A DNA stretch of 64,000 bases, from assembly GCA_009914755.4 (NCBI GenBank), contig CP068257.2, positions 24,160,001 to 24,224,000 on the forward strand, read 5' to 3'. The position numbers and the translations under genes were made by a program. The notes under the pieces were generated by a model. The model was not told the DNA's origin, searched no databases, and saw only the letters and a list, made by a program, of their open reading frames with translations. This document shows positions 45,011 through 59,697 of this stretch, one piece after another (the first letter of the stretch is position 1; each line of letters begins with the position of its first letter). The DNA comes from the human T2T-CHM13v2.0 reference genome, Homo sapiens.

Positions 45011-47354
45011 TGATACAGTTTGGCTCTTGTGTCCCCATCCAAATCTCATCTCAAATTGTAATCCCCACATGTCCAGGGAGGGACTTGGTAAGAGGTGATT
45101 GGATCATAGGAGTGGTTTCCCCCATGCTGTTCTCCTGATAGTGAGTGAGTTTTCATAAGATCTGATGGCTTAAAAGTGGCACTTCCCCCTTCCCTCTCTC
45201 TCTCTCTCCTGCTGCCATGTAAGACATGCCTTGCTTCCCTTTCATCTTCCACCATGATTGTAAGTTTCCTGAGGCTTCCCCAGCCATGCAGAACTGTGAG
45301 TCAATTAAACCTCTTTTCCTTATAAATTACCCGGTCTTGGGTAGTTTATTATAGCAGTGTGGAAATGGACTAATACAGAAAATTGATACCAGGATAGTGG
45401 AGTACTGCTATAAAGATAACCTGGAAGTGTGAAAGTGACTTTGCAACTGGGTAACAGGCAGAAGTTGAAACAGTTTGGTGAGCTTGGAAGAAGACAGGAA
45501 AATGTGGGAAAGTTTTAAATTTCCTGGAGACTTGTTAATTGGCTTTGACCAAAATGCAGATAGTGATATATGGACGATGAAGTCCAGGCTGAAGTGGTCC
45601 TAGATGGAGATGAAGAACTTATTGGGAACTGGAGTAAAGGTGACTCTTGCTATGCTTTAGCAAAGAGACTGGTGGCATTTTGCCCCTGCCCTAGAGATCT
45701 GTGGAACTTTGAACTTGAGATGATTTAGCGTACCTGGTGGAAGAAATTTCTAAGCAGCAAAGCATTCAAGAGGCGATCTGGCTTTTTCTAAAAGCATACA
45801 GTCAGTCGTATGCATTCACAAATAGATGGTTTGAAATTGGAAGTTAGGTTTAAAAGGGAAGCAGAGCATACAGGTTTGGAAAATTTGCAGCCTGACCATG
45901 AGGTTGAAAAGAAAAACCCATTTTCTGGGGAAGGATTCAAGTCCAAGCCAGCTGCAGAAATTTGCCAATCACCAAGACAATGGGGAAAATATCTCTGAGG
46001 AATTTCAGAGATCTTCAGAGCAGCCCCTCCTATTACAGGCCCAGAGGCCTAGGAGGGAAAAATGGTTTAATGGGCCAGGTGCAGGGTCCCGCTGCTCTGT
46101 GCAGCCTTGGGACTAGGTGCCCTGCATCCCAGCTGCTCCAGTTCCAGCTATAGCTAAAAGGGGCCAAGGTACAGCTCAGGCAGTGGCTTAAGAGGATGCA
46201 AGCTTCCAGCCTTGGCAACTTCCACGTGGTGCTGGGCCTGCAGGTGCAGAGAAGACAAGAGTTGAGCTTTGGAAACCTCCACTTAGATTTCAGAGGATAT
46301 ATGGAAATGCCTGGATATTTAGGCAGAACTCTGTTGCAGGGGAAGAGTCCTCATGGAGAACTTCTACTAGGGCAATGCAGAGGGAAAATGTGGGGTTGGA
46401 GCCCCCACATAGAGTCCCCACTGGGGCACTGCCTAGTGGAGCCGTGAGAAGAGGACCACCGTCCTCCAGACCCCAGAATGGTAAATCCACTGACAGCTTG
46501 CACTGTGCACCTGGAAAAGCCACAGGCACTCAATGCCAGCCTGTGAAAGCAGCTGTGGGGGTGGAACCCTGCAAAGCCACAGGGGTGGAGCTGCCCAAGG
46601 CCATGGGAGCCCACCTCTTGCATCAGCATGCCCTGAATGTGCGACATGGAGTCAAAGAATATTACTTTGGAACTTTAAGATTTAATGAGTGCCCTGTCAG
46701 GTTTTGGACTTGCATGGGGCCTGTGGCCCCTTTGATTTTGGCAATTTCTCCCATTTGGAATGGGAACATCTGCACAATGCCTGTACCCCCATTGTGTCTT
46801 GGAAATAACTAACTTGTTTTTGATTTTATAGGCTTATGAGTAGAAAGGACTTGCCTTGTCTCAGATGAGAGTTTGGACCTAGACAGTTGAGTTAATGCTG
46901 GAGTGAGTTACGACTTTGGAGGACTGTTGGGAAGGCATGATTCATTTTGAAATGTGAAAAGAACATGAGATTTGGGAAGGGCCAGAGGCGGAATAATAAA
47001 GTTTGGCTCTGTATCCCCACCCAAATCTCATCTCTAATTGTAATCCCCAAGTGTCAAGGGAAGGACCTGGTGGGAGATGATTGGATCATGGAGGTGGTTC
47101 CCCCATGCTGTTCTCATCATAGTGAGTGAGTTGAGATCTGATGGTTTTAAAAGTGGCAGTTTCCCCTGCACCGTCTCTCTCTCCTGCCACCATGTAAGAC
47201 ATGCCTTGCTTCCCCTTCACCTTCTGCCATGATTGTAAGTTTTCTGAGGCGCCTCCCCAGCCATGCAGCACTGTGAGTCAATTAAGCCTCTTCCCTTTAT
47301 AAATTACCCAGTCTCGCGCAGTTCATTACAGCCGGGTGAAAATAAACTAATACA
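45011..47354 (+). mobile_element. Full-length ERVL-MaLR element (MST/THE1-type) with 5' LTR about 45011-45378, internal region about 45379-46991, and 3' LTR about 46992-47354
   Basis: The two LTRs are collinear. The 5' LTR reads tgatacagtttggctcttgtgtccccatccaaatctcatctcaaattgtaatcc...ccatgattgtaagtttcctgaggcttccccagccatgcagaactgtgagtcaattaaacctc...ggactaatacag. The 3' LTR reads ..aaagtttggctctgtatccccacccaaatctcatctctaattgtaatcc...ccatgattgtaagttttctgaggcgcctccccagccatgcagcactgtgagtcaattaagcctc...aactaatacat. The internal region matches MaLR-int by memory (..ctggaagtgtgaaagtgactttgcaactgggtaacaggcagaagttgaaacagtttgg...gaagcagagcatacaggtttggaaaatttgcagcctgacc...). Confidence 0.75.
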
Positions 47355-50300
47355 TCCCTGGTAAACTCTAAGCTTATCAAAAGCTGACAATGTCTAATGG
47401 TTCACTATGATACCCTTGAGCAACTAGCGTAGTGCCTGCACTCATTGGCCTTCAATTATTGTTGAATTAATGAATGAATTTTGCACCCTCATTTTAGATG
47501 GAATGGGATGCTCTAGGAGAATTTGTTCTTGATTTCATGGCCATATGTAGAAAGCCTTGTTCTAGAGGCAGATGGACATACATAATAATTAAACAAGCCA
47601 ATGTTTACATTTGTGTAAAATGCCTATTATCTTGTAGTTGAATCATTTCCAATTTTTCCTAGTATAATTTTCTAATGTGCTAAATTTAGTATTTGTAAAT
47701 GAAGTTTTGAGTTGCCTTAATATTCTCTCTTCTTCTTTTCTTAAATAATTCATGACCTGAAGTACCCTAACCTTTTATTTTCTCTACTTGTTCTTTCCTA
47801 CTGTAATTTTTTAAAATCTCAGGCAACCTGAGAGGCAGCTGAATTCTTTTGTCATGTTGTATCATGTCAGCATTACCACACAAGTTTCTCCAGAGGCTGT
47901 CTTGTAATTACACTTGATTGGCTGATTATTCCTGAAAGGCAAAATAAATTTTACAGCTGTCTAGGTAAACTTTAAAAACATCCTCCAAAATGTGATATGT
48001 GTGAGGCCTGCCTTGGGATCATGACTTTCGATGGAACTAAACCAATGGTCAATGACCCATCATGGTATAGGCAAGTTCACCATCATCAAGAAATCAGTCT
48101 TTTTTGTCCTGTGCCTTCAATCTGATATTTCTCTCTACTAGAGAGCAAGAACATCTAGTCCCAAAGCCTATAGAGAATGTTAGTGGTTGCCTAGCAACAT
48201 CATTTCCAGCACAAGTTTGTGGCTTTCTAAGCAAGGGAAGGGGGTAACCTTCCTGTCTTTCTCAGCTCCCTGTGAGTCTCTTGTATTTTTTTCTACTATG
48301 TTGACCTCTGGCTGATTGAAAACATATAAGATGATGTGTGGAAAAACTCTTTCAGATAGTTAAGTGTGAATACAAGATGGGATTATCACCTCTCATGAAA
48401 GCCCATTCTAGTCCCCGATTCTTTAGCGCAGTGTCTTTGCAGTCAGAATATGAATCGCTCGTTGCCAATTTTTGGTATATTCTGATGCGAGCAGAACTGC
48501 AAATGTTGGCCCCGACAAGCAAATTAACCACCTCCTAAATTATTTTGTTTTTTCTTCTGGAGATAAGTGGCCTGTTTTGTGGTCTGTTCTGTTGGTCCCC
48601 TGTCTCTCATTCCCCAAGCACTGCAAGGTTGATTTTTAAGAATATGTATTGGTGATTGCTGCTATTTCCAAGTGAGTTTGATTTACCTACTTTGTTTATT
48701 TTAGGTATCATGCACTTTCTATTTGTTGAGCCTCCTTAACTATTTCTCCTTATGTTTCACGTCTTCAAAACTTTTGTGTCATGCATCTGCCAAGCCAAAA
48801 TCAGGAGTTCAATAAAGTCACTTGAGAATTATAAAAACATTTAGTTGTTGGGAGATAAATCTCTATAGGTCTCAAACATTTCTGCATGTCTTGTGAACAG
48901 AGCTGCCTTTGTTCTGGGATATCTTTTCAAGGATGCTTGCACAGCCAACAGTCTTGGAAGATAGAGATACTGTCTCCCTCCAGAGCAAAGGGAAGATTTG
49001 CTTAGCCTGGAAAGATAATGATAGTATGTCCTTCTGGAGCAAAGAAGGAACTTAGCTCATGGTTCATTATAAAATATGTAGGTTCCCTGCACTTGAGTCC
49101 CTCTCCTTTAGCACACTTAATTTCTTAGGTCTCTCTTTATATTTCACCATGGGAATTGGGGCTTGGAGAACTGGTGCAAATGCTAATACTCTATTGCTGA
49201 AGCTGTCAGTAATAAAGACTTTTGCCTCTGACTCAGGAGTCTCGTGTCTTCTGCCTGCATCTGTGAAATTGTGGCCAGACAACTTATTGTCTTGAAAGTA
49301 TGGTAAAATATCAGACCCTTCATAGTTCTAGTCAAGTTCTTAGTAGCTTAATGCTCACTAGTTCAGTAAATATATGTGTTGGAACATATTTAAAATTGGT
49401 CTTAAGATACATTTCTTTTAAGGAACATTTTAGAAATTTTAGAGACCTGAAATTCTACATGACTTTCTACCAAGAGAGGATCAACTTTTGGGTTGAAAGA
49501 ACTGAAAATGCAATGATGATCATTGCATTTTACTAATCAAAACTTATTTTCAATCTTCATTTTCAATAAAATTAAGTTAAAATTTCTTAGCTGGCATAAC
49601 AAAGATAGTATGGATTTGGCTTACCTTACCTTTCTACATATGCCCAAAGCTCCGGAAAACTCAAATGTTGGAAGTAACTGATCTATATTTCACTAGACTT
49701 TTGTTTTCTGGTATTTCTCTCAGTGGGTGGTACTGTAATTTAGCAGCCATCCAAAATAAAACCTGAAAGCCCATTACTCTTCCCTGTTCTTCATTAATCC
49801 ACATCCAATCATTAGTGTGTTAAAGATCTCTGTTTTCAAATATTGCATGTGCAGAGACTAAAAAGTGCACTGTATAAAATAGAGAGTATATTGGTAGTTA
49901 CCAGAAGCCGGGAAAGGTAGGGGGAAGGGGGAGATGAAGATTGATTGATTCATGGGTACAAATATACAATTAGATAGAAGAAATAACACCTGGTATTTGA
50001 TAGATCAGTGGGGTGACTACGGTTAACGTTAATCAATTGTACATTTCAAATTAGCAAGAAGAGAGTAATTCAAATGTTCTTAGCATTAAAAAATGATAAA
50101 TATTCAAAGTGATGGATATCTCAATTACCTTGATTTGATTATATGAATGTATCAAATTATCACATGTACCCTGAAGATATTTACATTTATTATGTGTTAA
50201 TAAAACAACTCTAGTCTTTTAAATATGTCCCCTATTTTCCACGCTTAGTATCAGAACTCTCTACTTTTTGCTTGTTTGAATCATTGCATTAGCTTTCTAA

Positions 50301-50726
50301 CTGGCTTCTTTAATTCCTATTTGTATATTTAAAATCTGTCTTCCCAACTGGGCTCAGACCAGTGTGATACATCCAAAATACAAAACTGATGCTGTTTAAA
50401 GTGTGCTAGCAGCCCCCCTTTTTACACAGAATAAAGTCCATGCATTTCAGGATGGCCTCCATGAACTGGCCCATCTATATCTCTTTGGCCTCATGTTTAT
50501 TTTATGATCTGTGGGATACGTATGGCTAGTGACCGAGAGCAAGGGCTCTGGAGTCAAAGCATCTGTTTATATTATGGTTTTTTCATCTATGAGCTGAGTG
50601 ACCCCAGGAAGATTTAAATAGTATTCCATGGCTTAGTTTCCTCATATGTCAGGTGGGAATACAAAGAGCAGCTACTCATAGGGTTGTTGGAAGAATTTAA
50701 AAAATAATTTGTATAAAAACACACAT

Positions 50727-51122
50727 TGGTCCATTTTGTGCTGCTATCATAGAATACTACAGACTGAATAATTTTTAAACAGTTTAAGTTTATTTGGCTC
50801 ACGGTTCTGGAGGCTGGGAAGGCCAAGACTGAGGGTCTGCATCTGGTGAGAACCTTCTTGCTGCATCATAACATGGTAGAAGGCATCACATGGTGAGAGA
50901 ATGCAAGAATAAGAAAAAGTGAAGGGTGCTGAACTCACCTTTTATAAAGACACCACTCCCTTGATAATGAACCCACTCCTGCAATGACAACATTAATCCA
51001 TTCATGAGGATGGAACCCTCATGACCTAAACACCTCTCATTAGGTTCTGCCTCCCAACACTGCTGCATTGGAGATTACGTTTTCAACACATGAACTTTGG
51101 GGAACACATTCAGACCATAGAA
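50727..51122 (-). mobile_element. MLT1-like MaLR LTR
   Basis: ggtccattttgtgctgctatcatagaatactacagactgaataatttttaaacagtttaagtttatttggctcacggttctggaggctgggaaggccaagac...cattggagattacgttttcaacacatgaactttggggaacacattcagaccatag. Confidence 0.5.
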
Positions 51123-52126
51123 TAACATTTAGTGAAGTGTCAGGCACATAACAGATATTCTACAATGTCAGTTATATTAATATTAAACTGCTTGTTTTCA
51201 TCATGTGCCATGTTTTTCTATTCTTTGTCTTGCTGTCTTTTGTTTTCCTTTGTGTAAAATGTTCTTGCTCTGCTTCACTATGGAACAGTGGTTGACAGCA
51301 TGGGCTTTGGGTGAGATTAAAACAGGTTTGGATTCAGACACTTCCATGGATTAACTGTGCAACATTACAAAGAGTGCTCAAGAAGTGATTATTATTATCC
51401 TATGTACCCTTCAGGATTCAGCTCAGGGGAAATCATCTCTGTGCCAGTTATGAGGCTATTACCTTTTGGCATCAAATCTATCCTTCCATAGTTGGCATTT
51501 TGATGCTGGGGCCAGGATTCTGCAACCTGCATTTTTACTTTGCCTGCAGGCTCCGTGTTAGGCTCCCTCTACTTGGGAAGGAAGACAGAAGCAGCAGGGC
51601 TGAGGGAGGAAGAAGGGACTTCCACCTCCTGTTTGTGTCCTGTGTGCCTCCTGCCTGCTGCCTGTTCCTACTAGGCTGTTAGTTCTTGTTTTATCTTTTC
51701 AAAAGACAGAGATGAGGGTGAGGTCAATGAAGCATCTGCCTCAGGAACAAAATTTAAGGGAACACTAATACTAAGGAATCAGGATAAATTACTGTATATT
51801 CAAATATAATATTTTAAAAAATCAAAATTAAATGAAAAAAAACCCATAATGAACAAAATATCAAAATTTTAGTAGAGACCAGTGCCCGCTGAGCCACATT
51901 AGAGCCTGGGGCCACTGGTTTTAATAAAAACAAACTCATCAATAATATATTCAAAATCTACTTTGTTGCTAATTTCATTTTTAGTTGAGAGAATTACTGT
52001 GTTTGACAATTTCTCTTGTCCAAGAGATGATCTTTAATAATTTTTACTTAGCTTAAGCTGATACAGAGTGATAACAAATTAGCTTTTGGCATAAGTAAAA
52101 TATTAAACTTAAAATAACACTGTGGG

Positions 52127-52440
52127 CTGGGAGTAGTGGGAGTAGTGGCTTATGCCTGTAATCCTAGCTCTTTGGGAGGCTGAGGCGGGTAGATCACTTG
52201 AGCCCAGGGGTTGAGGCCAGGCTGGGCAACATAGCCAAACCTTGTCTGTACAAAAAAATACCAAATTAGCTGGGTGTGGTGGCACATGTCTGTAGTCCCA
52301 GCGACTCAGGATGCTGAGGTGGGAGAATTGCTTGAGCTCAGGAGGCAGAGGTGGTTGTGAGCTGAAATTGTGTCACAGCACTCCAGCCCGGGCAACAGAG
52401 CAAGACTTCATCTCAGAAAAATGGAAAATAAAAATAACAT
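52127..52440 (+). mobile_element. Alu (5' end carries a 9-bp tandem duplication, gagtagtgg twice)
   Basis: It starts GGCTGGGAGTAGTGGGAGTAGTGGCTTATGCC and ends ...cagcccgggcaacagagcaagacttcatctcagaaaaa. Confidence 0.85.
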
Positions 52441-52484
52441 TGTGAATTTTAATACACCTACTTTTCGGACTTTCAATATTTTTC

Positions 52485-52791
52485 TTTTTTCTTTTTCTTT
52501 TTTTTGAGATGGAGCCTCCCTTCATTGCCCAGGTTGGAGTGCAGTGGCATGATCTCAGCTTTGTAACCTCTGCCTCCTGGGTTCGAGCAATTCTTCCACC
52601 GCAGCCTCCTGAGTAGCTGAGACTACCAGTGCACGCCACCACGCCTGGCTCATTTTTGTATTTTTAGTGGAGACCACACTGTGTTTTACCACACTGGCCA
52701 GGCTGGTCTCGAACTCCTGACCTCAAGCGATCTGCCTGCCTCGGCCTCCCAAAGTGCTGGGATTACAGGTGTGAGTCACTGTGCCCGGCCA
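52485..52791 (-). mobile_element. Alu
   Basis: It has a (TTTTC)n/T-rich leader, then gagatggagcctcccttcattgcccaggttggagtgcagtgg, and ends ...GTGAGTCACTGTGCCCGGCC. Confidence 0.9.
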
Positions 52792-52852
52792 GTATTTTTC
52801 AATTACTTTAATGTTCTGGAAAAAAATTATCTTAAAAAATATACAAAATTCC

Positions 52853-54271
<1,419 letters not shown>

Positions 54272-57200
54272 ATATTAAGTTCTCTCTGTGATTTCTACCT
54301 CCTGAACAGATTCTGACAACCTCAAAGTGCAGAGTGGATTTCTTCCTGTTCTCTTTCCCTCTCTTGGGCACTTCCCCACATTTATACTTTGCTAATTTTC
54401 TGTATTCCAAGAAATATAGTCCTCCCTGCCCTGCACAGGCATTCATTTGTTCCTGTGCAAATTCAATCCATTCTTCAAGATCCATCTCATATGTCATGAA
54501 ATCATTCTTTACCCTGCACCAAATGAAATGTTTCCTTATTTCATGGGACCATAGAGCTGTACTGGCATCCATACCATCTTACTGTACCTTGTTTTGTTGC
54601 TATTTGTGCATATATCCTATTCCGCCCCGTCCTCCCATCTGAGTTGTAACTTTGAAGATCAGGGACTGATCTTCTGGTCTTTCTCATCTTTGAACATTTC
54701 CTATTTGGTGAGGTCAGGAGCTTTGGAGCACTAGTCACAGAGAGAACTGGAGAAACAGCTGGGTCATGAAACACCGGGCTTCTGCACATTGGTGGGAAGC
54801 AACACCAGTAGGTGTTGAAGTTAGTTTTCTTTACATTCCCAGTGATCTCAAAGCTTGCTTCCTTTTTTGCCATTTCTGCCTTGATGCTCAGTTTTGGTCC
54901 TGAAAGGAACGATTAACTTTTCTTCTTTCCTTAGCCTGCTGAGCACAGGGTGGCATTTAAAACAGTTGAGAGCGCTCTCTCCCCTGAATTAGAAAGAGAG
55001 TGATTTCCAGGAAGCAGAAGTTCCCTTGGGATGTTTGCCAGTGGGAGTCAAACAGCCCTGTGTGAATGGCTTTGTGAGCCAAGACCTTCTCTTCACAGAA
55101 GTGATGTGATGCTGGCAGGACCCTTTAATGAAGGGACCATGGTAATTGAGATCAGTGGGGATATTCTGCTTACTTCTATAGCAATCAAAACACCTCCTAC
55201 AAAATCAAAACATTAGGAACAGCCCATCCTCAGCCTCCCACTGGCCCCAACTTTGTTCTTTTAGAAAAGTCAAAGCCCACTGAGACTGGGGGGTAACTTT
55301 GTCAGAAGTTTGTTTATTTATATAGTTTAAAGACGATTATTTTCAAAGTGGAAGCCAACTGATTTCAGACTACAAAAAGAATTTTCCAAAAACAAAGCTA
55401 CGAGGTCAAGTTTCAGCTTCATAGAAGGGATAATTTGGGCAAACTTCGCCAACCACAATAGAATATGACATATTAAATTACTGCTCTGGAAAAGGCATTT
55501 GCGTTTGTAGACCTCAGGAAACCCTGAATCTTGAGTGCAGTCTGAGCTGAGAGCTTTCCCTGAGAAGCTTGCATCTTTATAATACTGACTGCTGACCCAC
55601 TTTAAGGTCTTTGTCCCCAAACCACAGAGAGAAGAAAACAAGATAATGCAGGTCCTACTAGAGACTCTTGTACCTTGGTGTATTTATGCACCCACTGGTG
55701 GGCATTGCATTTCCAAACTAGGGCCATGGTTGATTTCATGCTCAACCTCATGGCATTATTTACTATAGAATAGAGGATGAAAACCCCAAAGTATCACACT
55801 AGATTCCTGGTCCTTTCAGTATCTTTTCAAAAGCTTGGTGGGGTTTTCTTTTAGAGTCAGCCACACTAACTCTTTTTGATCATTAAGATGCTCTTTGCGG
55901 TAACCTTCTGTAGGTAAAGGGAGACATGGTACATTACACCTAGAGGTAACCAAAGGAGAAAATATATTTCCCTAGGTCCATCTGTTTCTTGTTTTACCTT
56001 CTCATTTATTCATTCACTGAGAGCATACTCTGTGCCTGCACCATGCTAGGAGCTGGTATGCAGCATAAATAGGAAATACATAATCACTGCCCCCAGGGAA
56101 CAGCCTCTTCAAATACTCAAGCCTAGTGTAATTAAGGTAGCTCCCTCCGGATCTTTGAAAGGCTTTAACAGCGATAGCCCCTCAACTGAGAAACTTTGGA
56201 TGTACTCAGTGAACTAAGTCAAAGCCTCAGATATTTGGGCATGGGAATTTTATGTAAAAACTAAAGGTGCTTTTAAAATATCATAAGCGGCTACTATTCA
56301 CTCTGCCCGCCCCCCACCAAGTGGTTTCAACCAGGGGCAATTTTGCGTCCCAGGGATATTTGATGGAGACATTTTTAATAGTCATAACTGGGGAGAGGGT
56401 GTTATTAGTATCTGATAGGTAGAGGCCAGAGATACTGTTAAACATCCTACAATGCACAGGACAGTACCCCAAAAAGAATAATCTGGCCTCAAATATCAGT
56501 AGTGTTGAGTTTGAGAAACTCTGTTTTCCACCAATACAACTGTAACTTTTTTTCTACTTTTAATCAAGAAAGACAACTATTTTGAAAAATAATGCTATAC
56601 TTGCCGAGTTTATAACTTACATTTCACATTAACAGTAAGCTGTAATTGGTATTTACATGTATCTTGACTATACAGTTGGGTTTTTTTTTCCCTGTCTTTC
56701 ACTTGTTATCACATTAGATGTTGGGAAAGAACTAGTATTTTTGATTCCCAGTAGTTCTGCCTGACTCTAGCTTATGAGCAGAAAACCTCTTTTGATCTTC
56801 AACTTCTTGCCTCTAATGGCCTCAGCAGACATTCTATGCATCTGCCCCCATCACCTCTTGTCTCTTTCTCAGAAAGGTCCTGGGAATTTAGTATTCTTTC
56901 TTTAGAGATAGAAAACCCGAAAGCAAAAGGAGAAGGCTTAATCAAGGTCACCTAGCAGGGCTTTGCACGGGCTTTCTGCCTCTCCCTTGGCTCATTATTC
57001 ACTGGTCCCTTCGGGGGAAATGTACACTATAAATCAGAAAAGACTATCATCTGTACTCTGCTAAATGTGTAAAGGTTAAATTTAGTCAGGCAGGTGATTT
57101 ATACTTGCTTATTTCCTTTAAAACCTCATGGAGAATTAAGGGAGTTTTCAGCTAGGATGACAAGGAAGGAAATCTAATATTTCAGAGTTCTGCTGTTATT

Positions 57201-58084
57201 CTTCTTGGAGTATGAAACTATCATTTGTTTAAAAATTCCATGTATCCAGGAAGGCTTGCATCAGAATACATTTTTGTAGACATTAACTCATCATAATTTG
57301 ATTAAACAAAATTTTGGTGTTGCATCTGTTAGGAATATCCTGAGTCACATCATCCACTCAAGGCAGAGAAACTGGTCTGCAAAAGCAAGGGTCGAGAAGT
57401 CTCATGAGGAATGTAGTAGACCGACTGGGAGAAAGTTTCTAAGAAATGATATGAAAGGGTTTGGTTTGGTTATGGAGATCATAAAGTGACAGATTTTTAT
57501 AAAACTAGTGGAACTGCCAGCTTAGGAGATTTTCACGCACTAAGTCAGGCCATTCACTTTCTTTCCTTAGGAGGCAAAAAGCAATAATTCACAGTTATAC
57601 ATAGGAAAAAAAGCATATTCCCTCCTTTCCAATGTACCGCCCTCCCACCTTTTCTCATTACTTATTTTCCTTTCTTGTGATTTTTTTCTTTATTATTATG
57701 ATCAACACATATCAGACAATATTTGGTGTCAAAGATGTACTTAGAGTAAACAATATTTCCTAAGGCCTCATTTACAATATTCGAAACTTGACCTGGAGAG
57801 CAGGTAGATTTTTATGTTAGTGGCCCCACTGAGAAATGGAGAACAAGGTGGTTCACCATGGCGCAGGGACATTTTGTGTTGGGCATGACAAAATATTTGA
57901 AATTAACAGTTATGCCCATCACCACAGTAAAAGGTGACTTTCAGAATACTTAAAATTCAATAGCTTAGTAATGTGTGATCTTCATCCACCCCTCCACCTC
58001 CACCTCTCCTTGCTATTTCTGAGGTTAAGACTTGTACTCTTATCTGAGGAACATGACTCAGAATTAGAGTACATAGTCTATGGA

Positions 58085-58295
58085 AAGATCATCAGCCTTG
58101 ACTTCCTGGGCTCAGGTGATCCTCCCTTCTCAGCCTCCGAAGTAGCTGAGACTGCAGGCACATACCACCGTACCATGCTAGTTTTTTTTTTTTTTTTTTT
58201 TGGTAGAGATGGTGTTTCTCCATTTTGCCCAGGCTAGCTCAAGTGATCGGCCTGTGTGGGCCTCCCAAGGTGCTGAGGTTACAAGTCTGAGCCAC
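58085..58295 (-). mobile_element. Old Alu (AluJ/FRAM-like) fragment
   Basis: ggctcaggtgatcctcccttctcagcctccgaagtagctgagactgcaggcacataccacc...T19...ggtagagatggtgtttctccattttgcccaggctagctcaagtgatc..cctcccaaggtgctgaggttacaagtctgagccactg. Confidence 0.75.
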
Positions 58296-58774
58296 TGCTT
58301 TCTTTATATCACTTTACTACGTAAATGACTTCTTAGTTGTGAATACATTTGATTTAGTGGTAAATAAATTTCTTCTCCCTGGGTTGTGGAAATATGAGTT
58401 TCTAATTTCATGACAGAAAAACTCAGCAACCAACTGTATTTCTTAATTATACTTTCATCTGAATGCTGCTTGTCTTAATTTGTTATGCTACAAATGACAT
58501 AATAGTAACCCAAAGATTTGCCGTCTAAACATGTGTCTTTTAAAAGCTCAATAACTTAATGGTGCATTTTCGGCTGAAGCCAGTGTTTTGTTCGTACAAT
58601 TCATGATTGCTTTCTGTTAAAAAGCATGACTGTATATTAGAATAGAATTTAACCCAATTTATTATGCTAAGGCATGAACAATCAATGGAACATAACCAAC
58701 GATTGAATGGTAAGACTCGAAGAAAAAAAGAAACTGCCAATCAACCAAATATTTGCAAAATTAGTTGCAATAGG

Positions 58775-59010
58775 CTGAATTTTGTGTCCCCTCTAAAAAT
58801 TCATGTGTTAAAATCCCGACACCCAAGATGATATTATTGGGAGGTGGTGCCTTTCGGGGTGGGGCCTTTTGGGAGGTCCTGCCCTCATGGATGGAATTAG
58901 TGATCTGGAAAAAGAGGCCAGAAAGAGAAAAAGAGTGGGGAAAACTCTGACCCCGACTCTCATCATATAACTTACATGAACATCAGCATTCCAGAAGACG
59001 GCTCAGTGGT
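58775..59010 (+). mobile_element. MLT1-like MaLR LTR 5' fragment (consensus orientation)
   Basis: ggctgaattttgtgtcccctctaaaaattcatgtgttaaaatcccgacacccaagatgatattattgggaggtggtgcctttcggggtggggccttttgggaggtcctgccctcatggatggaattagtgatc. Confidence 0.5.
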
Positions 59011-59554
59011 TCTTTGAAATAATCTGGAATTAGGGGATGTTGTCTAAATTTATCTGCCTGCATCTTGTTCCAATAAATATATAAATTATAGGTTCAGGAC
59101 TTCCAAAACAGGGCAAAAACTGAACTATCAGAAGGCATGGCAAAAACAGTTACAGCTAATATTGAGAAATAACAAACTGTATATACATATACTCGTACAT
59201 TTTTCTATTTAGTATTCATTTATTTATTTTTCCAAAAGGAATAAGACCCACAGTTTTCAATATATTCTCAAGTGATCCATAAACTATAAGAAATTAAAAA
59301 CTGCCTGTAAAAATCTGCATGATAAATAATATTTATCATAATGATACTAAAATGTAAACACCATAAAGGCAGGTGTTTTGTCTATTTTTGTTCACTTTTC
59401 TATCCCCAGTACCTGGGACATAGTAGGGACTCAGTAAATGTTCATTAAATGAAGGAAGAAATCACACAAATGCATTGTAAGAGCATAGTATTCTACTAAA
59501 TAGCTAAAGAAAGGCCAAATGTTATTCAATACAAATTAAATGTTCCTGCTTTCT

Positions 59555-59660
59555 CTCTTTTTTAATTTTTTTTAATTTTTATTATTATACTTTAAGTTCT
59601 AGGGTACATGTGCACAATGTGTACCCTAGAACACGTTGTGCACATGTACCCTAGAGCTTA
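59555..59660 (-). mobile_element. Very short L1 3'-terminal insertion (minus strand, poly-A appears as T-rich on +) whose end forms an inverted duplication (twin-priming-like hairpin)
   Basis: A T-rich run, then ttattattatactttaagttctagggtacatgtgcacaa is the reverse complement of the canonical L1 3' end ..ttgtgcacatgtaccctaaaacttaaagtataataa. It is followed by tgtgtaccctagaacacg and then the inverted copy ttgtgcacatgtaccctagagcttaga. The arms are about 19-28 bp and the spacer about 18 bp. Confidence 0.65.
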
Positions 59661-59697
59661 GATTATAGCTGTTAAGCAGAATATTCAAATGACTAGT

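Noticed and set aside
46375-46812. 145-aa ORF (and overlapping minus-strand ORFs of 79-98 aa) between the two MaLR LTRs
   Set aside because: It lies wholly inside the MST/THE1 internal region. MaLR internals are non-coding, degenerate gag-like remnants. It is not a cellular gene.
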